A stretch of 64,000 bases of DNA, taken from contig BROI01000001.1 of NCBI GenBank assembly GCA_027923505.1, positions 1 through 64,000 of the forward strand, written 5' to 3'. The notes below the pieces were generated by a model, which searched no databases, had not been told where the DNA came from, and saw nothing but the letters and a program-made list of their open reading frames with translations. The position numbers and the translations under genes are program-made. Source of the DNA: Mayamaea pseudoterrestris. Taxonomy: Eukaryota. Below are positions 60,601 to 64,000 of this stretch, one piece after another; position 1 is the first letter of the stretch; each line of letters opens with the position of its first letter.

Positions 60601-61974
60601 GGCAACCCTCGTGGCAGTCGACGAGTAGTGTGGTTCAAGCACAAAGGGAATGACGATGAAGACAGGTTTCTTTCACTCTGTAATTTATCACAATCTTTAC
60701 ATAATAAAAATAGCTATCTTGTTGCTTCTATTAAACTATATATCTGAAAAGGTCATGCCACGGGGTGACGAACAGTGTGCTTGTCGTTCAGCCCTCGCTG
60801 CTGTTTATCGAGTGAGCGGACAGCAGCCAAGGCAGGACGTTTTTGGTCACCTACTAAGCCAAGACTTGACACCAATGGTCCACATCTAAAATGTGATCAA
60901 AGGACATGTTGGGAGAGTTTATACAATTCGTCGACACGATTCGGCCGAGCGATGCGGCTGCATGATTAATAATTTAGCTCGTCCACCACTTAGTCAGTAC
61001 GAGTATACACATTTGAAGCGCAGTCTCGCCCTCTTCATGCCTCATCATGTGCTAAACACTTCAATGGCAATTTCCCGTCATGCACGATGCATAGTGTCCT
61101 GCACGGCAATGTAACTGCAAACAGAGCATGTATGAGTCGACATAGTCTTAGGCCTTTATCATGATGATTTGACATGGTGGCCATGCTGCCGAGTCGTTTG
61201 TCATATATTAAGCAAGCAAGCAAGCACCAGCGATTCATTAGTTCCGCATTACGCATCAATCGGAATTGGATTGGAGATTGGGTCCGGCATCCGGCAATTG
61301 CTGTCAGTGGCGGCTGCGACTGTATCTACGGTAGCTGGTCCAAGGCAACAATGCCGCCGACATGATAGTTTATGTTGATTGTCCAACTCAGTATACACTC
61401 AACGCATGGCGTTATTGGAAGATAACGTCAAATCCACCAAGCTGTTGCGTCATACTGACTCGAAAATCGAAAACGTATTTTGGCGCGAGGCTGGTGTTCT
61501 GGAGACACCTGTTCGTCCTCTTGCAAGTTGCACTTCCTTTGCTAGTTGCACTTGCACAAGATGCTACACTGCATACAGTACGCCATGGAACGACGTCGCA
61601 CTTCCATGGATGACTGCATGTCTGCGAGCGGTGCGCGATCATGGTGCAAGCGCATCTGGTGCGCTCGCCGAAAGACGACGCCGATACACGCACCGCACGT
61701 ACACAATGCGACGCAGTCGTTTTCGGCAAATTCGGTTTTGATTTAGTATCGCTCTTAGAGTACACAAAAATTTCTCGGCGTAACTTGAGTGGTTTTGTGT
61801 ACTTTTTATGCCATAGAACGTCATTCCCGCATCAACATTTCTGCCGCCGAGCATTCGAAGTGCGTTCCGACCAGGTGTCCGTTTCGATGTCGATGTCGAT
61901 GTCGATGGACGACTTGCAGTTTGCAGCTTGCATGCTCACAAAATTACATCCGACTCACTCACATATTAATCAAC

Positions 61975-62691
61975 ATGCAAGCCATTTCCAACCACACTCA
62001 AACCAAAAATTTCGTTGAGATTGAACTCCCCTTTGGAGGATCACTCAAGGACGTTCTCGTCTTTACATCAGACGACGCCACGGCTGTCACCGAATGTTTC
62101 TCCATCTCCGATTCCAGTTCATTGAGCGCGGACGAATCCATTTCACCTCGATGCGTCCATTTCGACATGGATGCCAATATCTCCTATCTTCCATCGTCTC
62201 CAAAGACTTCCGATGAAAGGGATGCGGCATGGTATACTAAAGCTGAATACAAGGTTTTTCGAAGACAGGCGCACGTGATTGCGGGTGAGATTTCTGTCAT
62301 TGAGCAGCATAACATTGCCTTCAACTCCTACGAACGCACCATCACCCGCATCCACAAAGCGTGCGAGCTGACCGCCTACACGGACCAACAAATTATAAGT
62401 TACTTGAGTGCAGTCGACCGCAGACACTTGCACAGTTTGATGGAGACGGTGCCGTTTCGTCACGGACTCGAAAAGTGGTCACTGCCGACACTTTCCAACT
62501 TGCGCAGCTTGCAGCGTCTCGAGCTACAGAGCACCATCATTGACTTGCAAAAGTACTTGTGCAAGGATGAGGACTATCACGAGACACTGCGATCCAACAG
62601 TGAGCGACTGTCGAAACCCGCGCAGCTCTTTTCGCACTACATGGCGGAAAGCCTTGCGCACGCTGAAGAAACTGCAAAGATTATGATTTGA
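61975..62691 (+). CDS. Hypothetical protein resembling a common uncharacterised diatom family (VxF...WYTxxE...F...GLE motifs)
   Basis: 238-aa ORF with CVHFD, AAWYTKAEYKVFR, RHGLEK and SERLSKPAQLFS. Confidence 0.7.
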   Translation: MQAISNHTQTKNFVEIELPFGGSLKDVLVFTSDDATAVTECFSISDSSSLSADESISPRCVHFDMDANISYLPSSPKTSDERDAAWYTKAEYKVFRRQAHVIAGEISVIEQHNIAFNSYERTITRIHKACELTAYTDQQIISYLSAVDRRHLHSLMETVPFRHGLEKWSLPTLSNLRSLQRLELQSTIIDLQKYLCKDEDYHETLRSNSERLSKPAQLFSHYMAESLAHAEETAKIMI

Positions 62692-63255
62692 GGCGATTGG
62701 AAGATTACACGCAGCATAAATACATTGTACATAAAGTTTGGATTTCATTTATAAAACACTTCATTCTTGTTAAACGTATACTATACCTGTCACAGTTCGT
62801 GGGCGCCGTAGCCGCGTTTGAACCCCACCGCTTGAGTCATACCGCAAGCATAATATATATGCCAAGTACAAGCAGTACCGCTTTCACACAAATGTCGACA
62901 GGTTCATCAAAATGAGATAGTTTCTGGTGTGAAAGGACAAGTCGGGCATATAATATGGCCATATTCTGCCCGATCAGTCCATCGCATGACCACTTTAGAT
63001 TAGCATCAAGATTTGGTTCATTGGCGACAATGTCATCGAGTCTTCAAGGGCGAAGACTAGTAAAAGTATCACGATCCTCCATGTTCACTTGCTTCGCCGG
63101 CAAAAATGATGCATAGCTGCGTCGTCGCGGGGAACTTACAGTTAGGAGGCTACAAGCGAGAGTGAAAACCAGCATCGCACCGTAACTCATCATGCACGCC
63201 GAAATCGCGTCGTCACCATGGCGACTTTCCTTGCACTATTTCACCGTTGCCGACC

Positions 63256-64000
63256 ATGAACAAGCAAGCCACATCAAAGGAACCAATATCAGTCAAGACT
63301 CTGACAGCCTCTTGTCTCACTATCCATAAAGAAAATAAACGAATCAAATACTTCCAAGCATTGGAATTGAGCCAACCAATCAATGAACATTTTCACGTAA
63401 AGCGCAACGTTTTGATCGGCGACTTGGTTGTATATTCCACTCCAGACGGACATGCGGCCGCCAAGTGCTCTGGAAAGGTAAAGATTGGACAAGTTCTTGC
63501 CTTGCTGGAGGAAAAGGATCAAGCGAGTAGTCTCGCTAGTTACAAGGCGATCGTTCGACCCTTTTACTGTTTCAATCAAGTGAAACATCAACGCAAGCAG
63601 CAGCAGCAAGTCTCGCAGAATAGTCTGCTGCCAATGCTTTCCGAACAAGATGACACAAATATCCGAAAAAATGTTCGGTATCAGCAAGCCTTGTTTGAAA
63701 CGATTCAAACAGAAAGTTTCGCTCTTAATCAAGTCATTTTGAATCGAACGATTCAGCTAGTGCAGTCGACCGCCACGGGCGTGCATTCGGCAGTGCAACC
63801 CGAGCGACTGGAATTGCTGGTCTATAGCAATAGTAGTGGTATGCTAATGAACATGACTAGCAAGAAGCAGAAACTACCCAAGACGCCATTAGTGGACAAT
63901 GCTTGGTTGCTAAAATATGTGTGCGCGAATCAAATTGATGCAAACGGAAACTTGACGCAGACTCTTGACTGGACCAACTATACCGGCTGGAGTAACAATG
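63256..64000 (+). CDS. 5' part of a gene with an N-terminal BAH-like domain; runs off the window
   Basis: Hand translation from ATG 63256 has no stop to the window end: IGDLVVY...KIGQVLALLEE...AIVRPFY...ALFETIQTESFALNQVI. Absent from the ORF track, presumably because it has no stop. Confidence 0.65.
   Translation, partial: MNKQATSKEPISVKTLTASCLTIHKENKRIKYFQALELSQPINEHFHVKRNVLIGDLVVYSTPDGHAAAKCSGKVKIGQVLALLEEKDQASSLASYKAIVRPFYCFNQVKHQRKQQQQVSQNSLLPMLSEQDDTNIRKNVRYQQALFETIQTESFALNQVILNRTIQLVQSTATGVHSAVQPERLELLVYSNSSGMLMNMTSKKQKLPKTPLVDNAWLLKYVCANQIDANGNLTQTLDWTNYTGWSNN

Overview
Eukaryotic nuclear DNA from a diatom, probably a raphid pennate (judged from the 18S 5' end, an aureochrome and CoDi-type retroelements). 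The window has three zones. (1) 1-20.6 kb is a nested LTR-retrotransposon cluster: an inverted pair of error-rich Ty1/copia pol copies (possibly a fold-back read artefact), a truncated Ty3/gypsy gag-pro/RT, CpG-depleted copia relics, and one intact 6.7 kb copia element with two apparently identical 395-bp LTRs. (2) 20.6-33 kb holds one 18S-5.8S-28S rDNA unit on the minus strand plus a spacer-like region with subrepeats and a MITE. (3) 33-64 kb is gene-rich: kinesin-14, an ShK-prolyl 4-hydroxylase, a repeat protein, an LRR-like protein, a SAM methyltransferase, a modular secreted Pro/Thr/Lys-rich protein, Rab1, an AUREO2-type aureochrome and a partial BAH-like ORF. The best leads are a gypsy UAG followed by an 11-bp hairpin (candidate readthrough signal), a chromodomain-like module in two copia families, a Tc1/IS630-like family with both copies at CTAG sites, and the four-module secreted protein. 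All calls are by eye; no searches were run.
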